64,000 nucleotides of DNA from Felis catus. Lineage: Eukaryota. The stretch covers positions 22,258,001 to 22,322,000 of the forward strand of contig NC_058386.1 of NCBI RefSeq assembly GCF_018350175.1, given 5' to 3'. Of this stretch, positions 27,252-39,310 are shown piece after piece (position 1 is the stretch's first letter; every line of letters starts with the position of its first letter). The position numbers and the translations under genes are program-made. The notes beneath the pieces were generated by a model. It ran no database searches. It worked only from the letters and a program-made list of their open reading frames with translations, and had not been told where the DNA came from.

Positions 27252-28359
27252 AAGTATTTTTTAGTAACAAAATAGGTATGCATGTCTCTTTTCAGTCAAA
27301 AATAAAATCAACTAGAATACCTAAGAATCTTCTGTCTTTAAGTACTGAGGTTAATGGGAATTTATAATTCCCACAGCTCACGATAGGATATTACTATTCA
27401 TAAAGAAGGCACATGTCTGTACATTTTGTTCAAATAAGCAATTAAATAAAGAGCTACATCTAACAAAACACGAAAATAAACAGAACTTGATTTCTAGGTA
27501 AGTGAAAACTAAATGGAAAACATTTAAAAATAAAAATAATAGGAAGAAATCCAAACTCATTCAAACACACTAACAGTGCTATCTAATATCCACTTTTGAA
27601 ACCTAGGAAATGTTCAATTCTTAGAACATTAATCCACTGGTTAATGGTTAAGTGATTCTGTATCTACATTACCCATCATATTTAAACAAGAAAGACATAG
27701 GACTTTGTCCTGCAGAGTCGATATACTTAAAAATCTAACACTTGAGTTTATGATTGGAGCGTGAAATAATTTAAACATTAACATACATACTTTAACTTTT
27801 ACATGTCTCATTTCCAGCATCTACATCACAAGTGTCTTATGAGGTTGACAGGGCTGGTGCTACTACCTACTACTACTGGCCCGGCCATTTACTGCCTGTG
27901 AGCTGAGGCCCTGTATTACCTGTCCAAAATTCTTCCCCAGTTGCCATTGACAGTTAAGAGTCAAGGCCCGTAATTCACTAGTTCTTACTCCAGAGTGCTT
28001 TTGATTGGAATATTTACTTTATAGAGGAAAAACAAAAACCCTGTGAAAAATCTATGGAAAAAATTTGCACTAGCTCATGTAAAAGGGTTGAACGGTATTT
28101 TTGAGCATAAACTAAGATTTTGATTGCTTTTAGGTGGATTTACAAATACAAGTTTCAGTTGAACATGTTTTGCTGTTTTTGCCTACAAGATAGAAGGAAA
28201 CCAACAAAACAACCGCTTTAAAAAGAATCAAGATAAAATATGTTTTACGACACCTTTTATGAACTAAAATTAAGGATTCCATTTGCTCCCATGATACTCA
28301 ATTATGAATATAAAAAGTGGACATAGTAACACCAATAACCACTCCTACTTACGGACCCT

Positions 28360-28520
28360 TAATATAGTTTCAAGAATTTAAGTGTCATCATACCGCTTTG
28401 TAGCAGGCTCAAATATTCTCCCACTATACAGCTAAGAAGATAAAGCACAGATCAATTAAAGAACTTTCCTTAGCTAACAACTGATCAATGTCACTCCTAT
28501 ATTCAAATACAAAGTGCCTA
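28360..28520. mobile_element. MIR remnant
   Basis: ctcccactatacagctaagaagataaagcacag resembles the MIR core. Confidence 0.55.
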
Positions 28521-30239
28521 TAGAGGGAGGCCTCCTAGGCTTTGGAGCTATATGAAACAGTAAAACCCTGACATATGATGTCTATTTTATAGTTGAAGAA
28601 TTCTGCAATTCTCTCATTCATTAATACATTCGTACTTTCATTTATATATAATACCATGGATTAAAAGATAAATAACGGAATATTTATCATTCCAAAGTTG
28701 TCTGTAGGCTTAAAATCACAACTTTCAGTATTTAATAGAACAGGCAATTTTTCTTACTATTTTGAAGGAGGAAAACATTTGAGATATTTTTCTTTGTAAC
28801 TACTGTAGCAAGGCAAAGTAGTGACTGCAATTAATTTTGATACTACTATTCCTTTGAATATTACCTCTTTCAGATAGAAATAAATGATGGAGCTACCATA
28901 TCAGAAACAGAAACAAAATAAAAACCCTATTTTGGAAAATGTTTATGACTATTAACTGTGAAAAGACATTTCACTCATACTAATGGAACACTACTAAAAG
29001 AACTCAGAAGTTTTGTCAAAGAGCTGTAAACTTCTTGCTTATCAACGTTTATATGCAAGAATACAACAGAGGACTTTGTACATAGTTGGCATAAATAATT
29101 TTCACAGGAGCCTTAATAAAGTCTGAAGCCTATATTCCAGAAGCCTCTTTAATTTTCAGAAAGCTCTATTTAAATACTCTTGGCTTCCTTTGCTGGATTT
29201 AAGTCTGCAGGAAGGCTGTGCTCCAAGCCAATTACATAACAACATAAAGGAGGTCAGCTGTGTATTGTGTAAACCAGGTGCATAATTAAGTCTGTGCCTT
29301 AGTTCCGCTGTTTTGATCTTTCCCCGCTGCCTTGTGTGGACCCTGCAAGACTCTGTGCGCCAACATCTGCCCGTGAGTCCCTGAAATCTGTCCTGCCACT
29401 TCACGAACCTTCTTATCTTCTTAGTATTATCTTTGTGTTTGACAAAAACATTCCTGATACCTCAGTAAACATCCCGTTATTCTGAACCACTACCCTCCTC
29501 TACTCACAAATACACAGACGCTCACATATAATGAAATAAAAAAATAAGAGTTTTTTTTTTCAGTTTGGAGTTGTAATAATCTCTTCCTCACTTGGTGTTG
29601 GAGGAAATTTTGCAAAAAAAGTAAAGCTTCTATGAAAGCACCTCTTTTAATGGTATCCGAAATCCACTGGCGTTCACATACTACCAAGCTCACAGCTTTT
29701 CAGGAATAATGGCTCTAACTGATTCTGTGATTATAGTTAAAAAGAATGTAAACGGATTTTGTTATGAATGGTCATTGACTTACAGAAGACCTGCTGTTTG
29801 TCCTTGTGTTCCAAAGGAGAAAGTAGTCACAGTTTAATTAAAACCAACAAGTCAGCAGTTACAGATAAGTAACAGGCTCACATGAAAAGGAACTGAAGGT
29901 ATCAAATATCTATCAAGCGAAAGATATTAAAATTTTCATTGTGATGCTTGATTTCAGTAATAGCTGCATTTAGACTCAGGATAATTATGTTTTGTTAACC
30001 TATCAAAAGGTCCAAAACACACAGCACATTATGTACCATTCTCATCAATGTATTTGATGTACAGAGTGAAAATATTTTAATGTCTTAAATTTATTTCATT
30101 TAATTTTCAAATAGTCTCCCTAAGATCATACAGCCAGGAATGACCCCTCAATAAATAATGGTTGACCGAAGAGGGCAAATGTTATGAAAGATGGGTGTCC
30201 TCTGTTCGGATAGCCACTCTGTCTCTCTCCCCTTCTCTC

Positions 30240-30244
<5 letters not shown>

Positions 30245-30287
<43 letters not shown>
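30245..30287 (+). repeat. (CA)n microsatellite
   Basis: pure CA run. Confidence 0.98.
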
Positions 30288-30289
<2 letters not shown>

Positions 30290-30839
30290 GACAAAATTAA
30301 AAAGAAAAACAAAAAAATGCTAAGGCATATCTAGAAGATCGTCAACAACAATAAAACCAGACTTGTTTCCGCTTTCTTCTAAAGGGAAAATTGAGGCAAA
30401 GAGTAAAAAGGAAAAAATAAAAATAAAAACTTACAGTAGCCAGGACTCAATTCATAAGGGTTTTATAAACCAAAGCCAACAACATGAATTGTTCTTGGAA
30501 GCAAATGTACGATCATAGCCAGTCTTGGAGCATGGCTATCACATGCAACATATGGCAGATTTGTTCAAGCATATGGTACTGCAATTTACACTTATGCAAA
30601 CTTCCTCCTCTCCCCTCCATCCTTTTCTTGGGCTGAGTGTGTTTCTGGGGTTAACAAAGCAATAGCAATAGGATAAAGAACGTAATAGACTTGTATGCTC
30701 AAATAGAACAAGAAAGTATAGGGTGAGACGTGGTTCTAGGCACAATAGGAAAGATCGAGGAGCTATAGTATTTGGAGGCTAGAGCATTAAAGACTGAAGG
30801 AGATCCTAGTAGTTTACATTCAGTAAATAGCATTCATTA

Positions 30840-31231
30840 TGAGCCAAGAGACAGACTGACCTTGGGCAGATAGGGATAAGCGGCCCCTTGTTAACAACAA
30901 CAGAGCACAAAGTACAGGGCCTTCTGAGACACCCACTCCCTGGAACAAACCCACCAGACCTCATCCTGGTTCAGCAGCTGCACAGTAACTCCCCCTCAAA
31001 AGGCCCCACAACTGCAACCCATATAAATCCTCCCTCTCAGACGCCTTCGTGGCCTCCTCCATAAGGAGCCCCTCCCTGAGAGCGGGAGTCTTTTGTTTCA
31101 TTCTCACCCTAACAAACTTGGTGCCTGTATTGCTCTTAACCTTGTTGGTCTGTTCCATTCCTAGGCTCCGACACAACACAATCCCAGCGTTTAAAAAAAA
31201 AAAAAAAAAAAAGAAACAAAAAGTGGTTACA
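30840..31231 (+). mobile_element. ERV1-type solo LTR with internal poly-A
   Basis: TG...CA ends, perfect 4-bp TSD ATTA, TATA-like atataaat at 31021. Confidence 0.78.
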
Positions 31232-31281
31232 ATTACATTGCTATGGTGTTTTCAGGGTCCTTGGAATAGGTTCCTTTTAAA

Positions 31282-31469
31282 CCAGGGGATAATCTGGGGT
31301 CCACAGAAGTACAAGGGCTCTGTGGAAAGAATTCAGGGGAGTCCTGAACTTAAATGGAAAAAATGTCTTCAATAGGGTTAACTGAAATTGCTCTTTTTCC
31401 TTCATCATGACGAAGTCATAAAGAACAGTAGTATTAGCAGTAACTACGATTTTTAAAAAATGTTTATTT

Positions 31470-31503
<34 letters not shown>

Positions 31504-31975
31504 CCACACATGGGCTCAGGGGAGGGGCAGAGCGAGAGGGGGGGCAGAGGATCCGAAGCTGGCTCTGTGCTGACATCAGAGTGCCCCATGTGGGGCTCAG
31601 ACTCACAAAGCATGAGATCATGACCTGAGGCTTAACCCACCGAGCCACCCACACACCCCAGTAACTAGGATTTTTAACCAACAGAAGTCACAGACATTAT
31701 ACTTGTTTCAGGTCTCTTAAAATATCTTTTATTGTTATGATTTCAAAAGTGCTATAGTTATTATTCCTGCCAATAGATATTGCTATTAAAAACATCAAGA
31801 CATGTATGTACTCTTATACTGCAAATTTAACATTTTGATGAATGCATTTTAAGTGCTTCCACTATAATCTTATATATTTAATCTACCCATTTAATAATGT
31901 TATTCTGAGAGAGCATATGTACTCATCACCAGAGTTCCAAGAAATTTGTGACTTTCCAAAGGTTAAGGACACCTA
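31282..31975. mobile_element. hAT-Charlie DNA transposon (Charlie4a-like)
   Basis: ctggggtccac...agaattcagggg...cagtagtattagcagta...aaaggttaaggacacct. Confidence 0.7.
31457..31659 (-). mobile_element. CAN-SINE in the Charlie element
   Basis: TSD cagtaactacgatttttaa/cagtaactaggatttttaa; (GA)n tract. Confidence 0.95.
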
Positions 31976-33076
31976 TCTTAAATATCTCCAAAAACTCTTA
32001 AGGGTTCACACACGGTTGTGGGTGATGCTGACAGCAGGCTAGATATTGTCCTTAATGCAAGATTTTGCTTAGTCTGAAATGAAAAATTTGACAACTATTT
32101 GAAATAATACTGTTAACGATGTATCAGAGATCTAAGCTTTAGTTACACTGCCACCATCTGTGAAATTTACATGTTTCTGGGCAAGTCAGAAAATTGGAAA
32201 GTGCTAACGAGCAGTAGTTTCATTGTGTGAGGGAATGAAGAAGACGGTGAAGTTCTACGTGTGTTACTCAAATTCGAACTGGGAAGATTTTTATAAAACC
32301 GTGAGCACACACCCAATGGACCTATGCACACTTACAAGAACACATACATGTCCAAGAATTTCAATCCCCATTCATCCAAATAGGAGTATCTGCTCATCTT
32401 TACAGGAATCGTTTCTGAGTCAATCCTTAAAGCAAACTTTCATCTGCATCTAATTATCACACATCCTTGACAGTTTAAGCTGTAAAATTGACATTCTAAT
32501 CTTAAGCCTCTATATATAATACTGACCCTTGAATCTTAAAATTCTACACTTAAAACTGACATTTTATTCTGCTGAGTTAGCAGTTTATGTTGTCATGAAA
32601 ATGCCAATTGACTTTCAGTGTTTTTACTTATTTTGTATTTTTTTTTTTATTGCATAGGGCACACTTGGGGAAGGTTTTTTTTTGTTTTTTCTTTTCACCA
32701 AAGGGTTTTAGCCAATTCTTTTTCAAGTAAATGTGTTTATTTTAGTCTCAGTTCCCAGCGGATTTAATAGCACTCAGAGGAAATGGTAGCTATGTTCTGT
32801 ATAGGCAAAGGGCCCAGAACAATCTATAAAAGTTTCAGAACAAAGCCACAAAGAAACCAGCTAAACAAGATTATTTTAATTGTCTTAGCCTGAGGTCATT
32901 GGTGAGAGTTGACTCCAGAGTTTGAAAAGCAGGAGTACAAGCAAAATGACGCCGGCAAGAGCAGAGCCAGTAGTGAGGATACCAAATGCCAATTGTAAAG
33001 ACCAAGAGACCACCAGAAAGTCTTCAGCAGTCAACAAGCAGCAGAAATGAAAATTGGGGTCAAGACTATCAACACA

Positions 33077-33290
33077 GGGGTGCCTGGGTGGCTCAGTGGG
33101 TTTAGCATCTGACTCCTGATTTCGGCTCAAGTCATGATCTCACAATTCCTTAATTCAAGCCCTGAGTCAGGCTCTGTGCTGACAGTGCAGAGCCTGATTG
33201 AGATTTTCTCTTTCTCCCTCTCTGTACCCCTCCCCCACTTGTGCACACGTGCTCTCTGTCGCTCTCTCTCAAAATAAATAAACTGTAGAG
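33077..33290 (+). mobile_element. CAN-SINE
   Basis: ggggtgcctgggtggctcagt head; TSD-like aagactatcaa/aaggctatcaa. Confidence 0.95.
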
Positions 33291-33379
33291 AAAAGGCTAT
33301 CAAGGCAGCCAAGGTCCAGAGGTGAGAGAACCCAGAAAATAAGTAAGACATAGCCTCACCAAGTCATAAAACCTAAAGC

Positions 33380-34130
33380 ATAATAAATATAAATAAAATC
33401 ATAAATAAGTACACCCTACATTAATGAAAATAAAATATAAAGAGCAAATCTTGAAGAAGGCAGATGAAACGATACATTACCTTCAAACACTAAGACTTAA
33501 GAGTTGGTTTTTCAATGAAAAATACAAAAGCCATGAAAAAAAAAGCAAGCCATTTTTAAAGTACAAGTAACTGCTAATCTAGAACTCGATGTTCATTTAA
33601 AAAGCTTTCATTATCAATATGACATTTGGATTGTTTCAAATAAATCAAAGGGAGAGCTCATGACCAGCAGAAGTGCCCTATAACATATGCAAAGGAAATT
33701 CTTCAGGGAGAAAGAAAATCACCTCAAGTAGAAGCATTTGTTTCTGGAAATGCAGGAACAAAGGACGAAGACTACACGGGATTAATAGATATCATTATAT
33801 AAATTAATAGGGGATATTATACACAGTGCTCATTATGTCTCACAGCATTAAATATGTATAAAATAAAAATATATAACAGTATTTCAAACAATGAGATGGC
33901 AGTAAAAACGATGTTCAAACTTTCTAATATTGTCTGGAAAGTTTAAAAATACTACATCATTGTCAACCATAATAAGCCACCAAAAGAAGAATAGAGGACT
34001 AATGACCTAAAATGAAGGATTGCTTAAATTAAAACAATGTAAAACAAAACTTGATCATTCCAAATGTGGGTAAAAAGGGTAAAAACACAAGTAACATTAA
34101 TGAAGAAAAATTTAAGAATAATTTCTTAAG
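33380..34130 (+). mobile_element. Very old L1 (L1ME-like) ORF1/ORF2-region remnant
   Basis: gaccagcagaagtgccctataac...aaggaaattcttcagggagaaagaaaat. Confidence 0.55.
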
Positions 34131-34788
34131 TCTAAATCCAACCATATGAAGAGAATGAGAAGACAAGCCACAGACTGGGAGAAAATATTTGCAAAAGACA
34201 CATCTGTTACCCAAACAATGTTATCCAAAACACACAACAAATTCTTAGAAGTCAACAAGAAAATACACAACAGGAATAATAAATGGGCCAAAGACCTTAA
34301 CAAGCACCTCGGCAAAGAAAATATCCAAATGGCACGTAGGCCTATGAAAAGCTGCTCCACACCGTATGTCATCTTGGAAGCGCAAATGAAAACAACAGTA
34401 AGATACCTCTACACACCTATCAGAATGGCCAAAATCCAGATCAATGACAACGGCAAATGCTGGGGAGGATGTCGAACAACAGGAACTCTCCTCCTTTGAC
34501 GGCAGGAATGCAAAATGGTACAGCCACTTTGGAGAACAGCTTGGCAGTTGCTTACAAAACCCAACAATGACTTTTTGGTATTTACCCAAAACAGCTGAGA
34601 GCTTATATCCACATAAACACCTGCACAGGGATGTTTATAGCAGCTTTATTAGTAATTGCCAGATTTTGAAGCAATCAAGATGTCCTTCAAAACGTGATAG
34701 ATAAATAAACGTGATACATCCAAACAATGTAGTATTATTCAGTGCCAAAAAGAAATGAGCTATCAAGCCATGACAAGACTTGATAATG

Positions 34789-34938
34789 NNNNNNNNNNNN
34801 NNNNNNNNNNNNNNNNNNNNNNNNNNNNNNNNNNNNNNNNNNNNNNNNNNNNNNNNNNNNNNNNNNNNNNNNNNNNNNNNNNNNNNNNNNNNNNNNNNNN
34901 NNNNNNNNNNNNNNNNNNNNNNNNNNNNNNNNNNNNNN
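34789..34938. other. Assembly gap (150 N)
   Basis: N run. Confidence 1.
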
Positions 34939-35160
34939 ATTGGGAAGAGGAGGGAGGAAAGATGAAGAGGCAGAGCAGAGAGGATTTTCGGGGCAGTGAA
35001 AGCAAGCTATACGATGCCATAATGATGGATACATTTCCTTACACACTTGTCCAAGTCCAAGATGTATAATACCAAAAGTCAATTGTAACATAAACTACGG
35101 ACTTTGCATGATAATGATGTACCACTATAGGTTCATCCCCAGTAAAAATAGTACCATCCT

Positions 35161-35278
35161 GGGGGTACCTGGCTGGCTCAGTCAGTCGAGTGTGCAACTC
35201 TTGATTTTGGAGGTGTGAGTTCGAGCCCCACATTGGGTGTAGAGACCACTTAAAAATAGAATCTTAAAAAAAAAAAAC
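35161..35278 (+). mobile_element. Short CAN-SINE (no CT tract)
   Basis: gggtacctggctggctcagtcag...gagttcgagccccac...A tail. Confidence 0.92.
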
Positions 35279-35420
35279 TGTACCATTCCGGTGGGTGATA
35301 TTGATAAGGAGGCAGAGGGAGACGATGCATGTGTTGGGACAGCAGTTATAAAGAAAATCTCTGTACCTTCCCCTCAGTTTTGCTGTAAACTTAAAATTGC
35401 TAGAAAATATAAAGTCTTAA

Positions 35421-35522
35421 TTATTTTTTATTAAGTAAGCTCCATGCCCAACGTGGGGTTTGAAATCATGACCCCGGGATCAAGAGTCACATTCTCTACT
35501 GACTGAGCTAGCCAGGTGCCCC
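35421..35522 (-). mobile_element. Short CAN-SINE
   Basis: ends ...gagctagccaggtgcccc; TSD aagtcttaatt/aagtcttgatt. Confidence 0.92.
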
Positions 35523-36113
35523 AAGTCTTGATTTTTAAAAAAAAATTATACAAAAATTGGAAATGGACAAGACTACTAAACATTATCCAAAAGACAGTTG
35601 ATGTAACAATATTTAGGTCAAACAAAGTACACTTCAAGTCAAGTCTACTCCTTGAAGCAAAAAGGGACTTAATAGTTCAGACACAGTAGACATTTATAAA
35701 ATGCTTTCTTCGAGAACTTCTAGAATATATATTGTTTGAAGCACTCTTGAAGCACATAAACTCAAAATGACCATATTCTGGGTCATAAAACAAACCTCAA
35801 AAATTATGAAAGGACAGACATAGTTTGAATACTCCCTCTGACCAAAGCAAAATAAAACCAGTAATAAAAATAATTAAAGAAAGGATATCCTTAAATGTTT
35901 GTAAAAACACTGCCAAATATTTTTTTCAGATACAGACATTTTATAAAATTCAATGCCTGTTAATAAACTCTCGTGGCAAACTAAACATGGAAGGAAACTT
36001 TTTAAGTGTGATAAATGGAATCTACTATAATAACAACATAGGCAATCCCATGCTTGCTTACTATTAACATGGAAAGGCTGGATGAGCTCTCCCATTATTG
36101 AAAGTGAGAACTC

Positions 36114-36345
36114 GGGGCACCTAGGTGGCTCAGTCAATTAAGCGTCTGACTCTGGATTTCAGCTCCGGTCACGATCTCATTGTTCATGGGATCAAGCCCT
36201 GTTAGGCCTCCGAGCTGACAGTGTGGAGCCTGCCTGGGGTTCTCTGCCTCCTCCTCTCTCTGCTCCTACCCTGCGTGCACACTCACTCAGTCTCTCTGTC
36301 TCTCTCCCTCCTCCCCCAAAATAAGACACTTAACAACAGCAAAAA
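36114..36345 (+). mobile_element. CAN-SINE
   Basis: ggggcacctaggtggctcagtcaattaagcg head, CT tract. Confidence 0.94.
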
Positions 36346-36962
36346 CAACCCCTGGGAACTCAAGTTCTGGAAGGAAGATATGCCAAGTAATTGGGCCAAT
36401 CACTTTGGACCACCTTGGGCTGAAAATCAATCACCCTAAACAAGCTAGAAACCTAAGCCTGTGCTATGTAGGAGTGGATTTGCATTTATACCAATCTCTG
36501 AGGGTAGGAAATAACAGCCAAAGAATTAACAAGATAGTAAGTCCAACATTGTTAACATTTACACAGATAAACAAGTAAAGCTCACTGGAATGCCTCCAGT
36601 CAAAGGCAAAGAGAGATTTCAGAGAAAAATAAAAATCCATCGCAAGTACACAAAAGTATAGCATTCAAGGAAACAAAGCCATGATAAAGTTGAAAGAATT
36701 AATTTATACTCTGAAAAAGTATAGATTGATCATAAATCAATCTGAATGACACTTTAAGATAACTGTACTTAAATTCAAAGAACTTAATTATCTATCAATA
36801 AGCAACTGGATATATAAATTATGGTGTATTTGTTTAGTGGGATCCTCCACTGTGTTTAAATGAAGCACCTCTAGAATTCTGTGAAACATTCTTTAAGATA
36901 TAGTTTCAGGATTTAAAAAAAGGTGCAGACAAGTGTTTATAATATGCGATCTTTTCTGAAAA

Positions 36963-36964
<2 letters not shown>

Positions 36965-36993
<29 letters not shown>
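36965..36993 (+). repeat. (CA)n microsatellite
   Basis: CA run. Confidence 0.95.
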
Positions 36994-36996
<3 letters not shown>

Positions 36997-37964
36997 CTAT
37001 CTTTGGAAAAAAACCTAAGACACTGTGAACTCTGTTTGCCTCTATAGACATGAACTCAATGGCCAAGTAATAGGAGAGGGAAACCATTTGTACAGCTATT
37101 GTATCCTTCGAATTTCATTTCTTGTTTATGTATTATGTACCAAAAAGTTTTTTAAATCAGTGAAAATTAAAATGTAAAACATGGAGACGATGGTTATAAA
37201 ACCAAGTCATGACAGGGGAACATGACAATAGATTTTAGTCTGGGCCCACATGGGTTTCTCTGAAGCATCCATGAATACTTTGAAAGGCTCTGAGACGTGG
37301 TATTTTAAGACAGTTACTGCTCAATTCTCTGTGGAACTCTGAAAACAAACATAACCACTGTCCCTTACAAACCCTAGCTTACCCTAGTGACCTAGTGACA
37401 GAATGAAGCAAGTTTCAAACCTAATTTCTGCATTTCTCCCTTTATCAAAAAGGTAGCTGATAAACTAGGTCTTTTCCCATCAATTCTTCTGTTTCCAAGG
37501 GCTGCAGGACATCTTAAAAAGTGTATTTACAGTTTGCATCATTGCAGAAATAATTTCCAAACGCCTGCGAGTTCGTCCTACGAGGGCATACTGAAAGATA
37601 CAGGAACTGTCATGTCGCATATCTTCGTGTTCCATGCTAATTCCACAACCTTCTTCCTCTTTTCTTCTGTTAACTGAAGGTGTGGCCTTTTTCTCTTATC
37701 AGCTCCTTTACCTATTCCCTCATCGTTACTATTCAAAGGTCTAAGGATCATTAGGAAATAGCTATGAACAACAACAAAGTTATACATGGGTCGTCCTCAG
37801 GGCTGAGTTTGGACGATGATGAGTTTTGGTAAAGGGAAGGAAGGAAAGAAGTTCAGATATTAGCATTGCTGCCCGTGAACTCCATTATACGTTAGCTTTT
37901 ATCTGTCAAAGGGTTTCATGAGGCAACAGATCCCAAGTTTCCGGACATTAGAGGATCCTTGGGC

Positions 37965-38545
37965 TCTAGTGGTAGAAATGTAAATTGGTAGAGCCAAAAT
38001 GGCCAACTGAATGGTGCTTTCTCAAAAAGTTATAAATAGCCACCATACGATCCTACAATCCCACATTTGGGGATTTATCCAAAGAATTTAAATCTAGATC
38101 TCAAAGAGGTATCTGCACTCCCAATTCTCTACAGCATTATTCAAAACAGCCAATAGGTGGAAACAACCTCAACGTCCATCATTGGATGAACAGGTAAGGA
38201 AAACGTGGCACGTACATAAAATGGAATATTACACAATATTTAGAAAAGAAGGAAATCCTACCAATCGTANNNNNNNNNNNNNNNNNNNNNNNNNNNNNNN
38301 NNNNNNNNNNNNNNNNNNNNNNNNNNNNNNNNNNNNNNNNNNNNNNNNNNNNNNNNNNNNNNNNNNNNNNNNNNNNNNNNNNNNNNNNNNNNNNNNNNNN
38401 NNNGGCTGCCGGGGGCTAGGAGGAGGGAGAAACATTGGAGTTGCTGTTTCACAGAGGGCATATTTAACATAGTGCATACAGTTAACCATACTATATGATG
38501 CACTTAAAATTTTGTTAGGAGGGTAGATTCTCCTGTTTAGTGTTT
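37965..38545 (+). mobile_element. L1MA/MB 3' fragment
   Basis: aatgtaaattggtagagcc...cagcattattcaaaacagcc...aaggaaatcct. Confidence 0.88.
38270..38403. other. Assembly gap (134 N)
   Basis: N run. Confidence 1.
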
Positions 38546-39119
38546 GGAAGAACAGTTGCTCTGGTAAAAGAGCCAACAGCTGTCAGAGGAAATAAGCAAA
38601 ATTGCTATGGAAATCAAAAGCTGCATTTCAAATTGCTAAAATAAGGGGCAATGGCTCCCCTCCAAATTGGTGTATTTTCAAATATGAAAGTCCTTTATGT
38701 TGAGCCAGTAGGAATTTCAAAGTCAAAGCAAAGGTTGGTGTGCTGCTGCACTATAAACCAAAATTTCCTCGAGCAGATTTTTTTGGTAGGATCACTCCCA
38801 CAGACCGCAATTCAAGTGTTAGCAGGGGGCTGACTCCTGTCAGTAAAAAGAGAGGGTTTGAGCAGAAAATCCACACATTGTCACTACAACCTGTTCTAGT
38901 CGGTGTCAGCTTCCATGTGACACTGCTATCACCGAAAACAAAGTTCTGACCTCAGATTCTTCCTAAATGTGATTATTACTGTTGGGGGGAAAATTTTTTT
39001 GGTTATTTTTTTAATATCTAACATTTCTCGAAAAGGCTTTTCAAAGCAAGGACATCCTACTTCTTGTTGTTCATTTAAACCACCACCACCACCACCAAAA
39101 AAAAAAAAAAAATCTTCGT

Positions 39120-39310
39120 TTTATTAAGTGCTCGTTCTAGGACAAGACCTTTTCTAAATACGCTCTGCGTGTGCTGCTTCATTAACTTTTAATAATAACC
39201 CACAGGAAGTGTTATTATTAGCATCATTTCACAGATTACAAAACTGATCCAAGAAGTGACCTGCCCAAAGTTACAAAATGAGTACACCAGGTACTGAATA
39301 CGAGACCACA
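39120..39310. mobile_element. MIR remnant
   Basis: catcatttcacagattacaaaactga...gtgacctgcccaaagttaca. Confidence 0.7.

Larger units (their letters stand above)
34140..35418 (+). mobile_element. L1MC-like ORF2 C-terminus and 3'UTR
   Basis: peptide RQATDWEKIFA...KWAKDLNKH...TPIRMAKI...KCWGGC; 3'UTR aagaaatgagctatcaagccatga. Confidence 0.92.
35540..37180 (+). mobile_element. Fragmented very old L1 (L1ME-like)
   Basis: gaccatattctgggtcataaaacaaacctcaa and ataaattatggtgtatt motifs. Confidence 0.55.

Noticed and set aside
31277-31681. Longest ORF (134 aa)
   Set aside because: Reads through a SINE, a (CT)n tract and a Charlie remnant; typical SINE-derived peptide.
34146-34704. 117-aa and 86-aa ORFs
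   Set aside because: Decayed L1 ORF2 C-terminus.
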